NCBI GenBank assembly: GCA_965649765.1
Contig: OZ287752.1
Location: forward strand, 37,944,001 to 38,008,000
Reading direction: 5' to 3'
Length of the DNA stretch: 64,000 bases
Source: Bispira polyomma
Taxonomy: Eukaryota
A program made the translations under genes and the position numbers. Below are positions 63,178-64,000 of this stretch, one piece after another (the stretch's first letter is position 1; every line of letters begins with the position of its first letter). The notes under the pieces were generated by a model, which was not told the origin of the DNA, did not search any database, and worked only from the letters and a program-made list of their open reading frames with translations.

Positions 63178-63500
63178 GAAATGTGAATTGAAAATCTACG
63201 CCTTTACAATGTTAAGGTTTACTGTCAATCAAAAACTGGTCAAAGTGAATTGAAAATCTTGGCCTTTCCAATGTTAAAGTTTACTATCAATCAACAACTG
63301 CTGGAAGTGAATTGAAAATTTTGCCCTTTCCTATGTTAAGGTTTACTATCAATCAAGAACTGGTGAAAGTGAATAAAAAATCTTGGCCTTTTTTATGTTA
63401 AGGTTTACTGTCAAACAATAACTGGTGAAAGTAAAATTAAAACTTGGCCTTTCCAATATTAATGTTTACTGTCAATCAACAACTGGTGAAAGTGAAAACT
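63178..63500. repeat. About 61-63-bp tandem repeat, 5 copies
   Basis: GTGAATTGAAAAT..GCCTTT..ATGTTAAGGTTTACT.TCAATCAA.AACTGG is repeated. Confidence 0.9.
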
Positions 63501-64000
63501 GTTTTAGGTATACTTGTCAAGTATTCCAGGCTTCCGACCACTGATCTTCAGTAAGTAAGCCATCAGATTTGGTAATTAAATCTCATTAGAGACATTGCCT
63601 TGGCATTCTGCCATTGTGGTCCAGGATAATTCTAACCCAGTTACAGGTGGTTGGAATAACCACTTAAAATGATGGCCCTCTCTCATTGGCTGGTATCCTC
63701 AGTGTAGGCGAAAGATCCTTAAATGATGAATATTCCTGCTCCTGGTGTTGGTAGACTGTAATTATGCAGTTATTAAAAGATAAACTGTTCACTTTGAATC
63801 GTTAAAGGGCATGAGATACATGCCTTTCTTGCCATGTAACGTAATATTTTAAGATGCCAATCAACAGAATTGTCAACAATACTTTAATAACAGTAGATAC
63901 TTGCATACCAACTTACATAGTATTTTTTAACAAGCACCCCAATTTTCATAATAATATCACATAGGAAAATACACATCTTAGTTTGAACCACACATTTTAA

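Overview
AT-rich, repeat-dense eukaryotic DNA from an animal, probably a marine invertebrate; it is not prokaryotic. Main contents: (1) the 3' part of a long uninterrupted ubiquitin-specific protease ORF (+ strand, window edge to 1232). (2) A spliced WDFY2/WDFY1 gene on the - strand, with 10 exons reconstructed by hand at 10591-24189. It has one U12-type intron. I could not find the FYVE-core (HHCR) exon or exon 1. Its last intron holds an array of about 40 tandem copies of its own 5' splice junction. (3) An intact 4-exon gene at 39211-42002 (-) encoding a 168-aa secreted protein with 6 mature Cys that I cannot assign to a family. The ORF track does not assemble it, and a decayed duplicate lies at about 26.3-30.2 kb. 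(4) Two degenerate Ngaro/DIRS tyrosine-recombinase retrotransposons, one with a -1 frameshift slippery site at the gag/pol junction. (5) Tx1/L1 and L2/CR1 LINE fragments, a Harbinger transposase pseudogene, Helentron-type (HINE) elements with 147- and 169-bp tandem arrays, MITEs, SINEs and minisatellites. All calls come from manual reading; no database searches were run.
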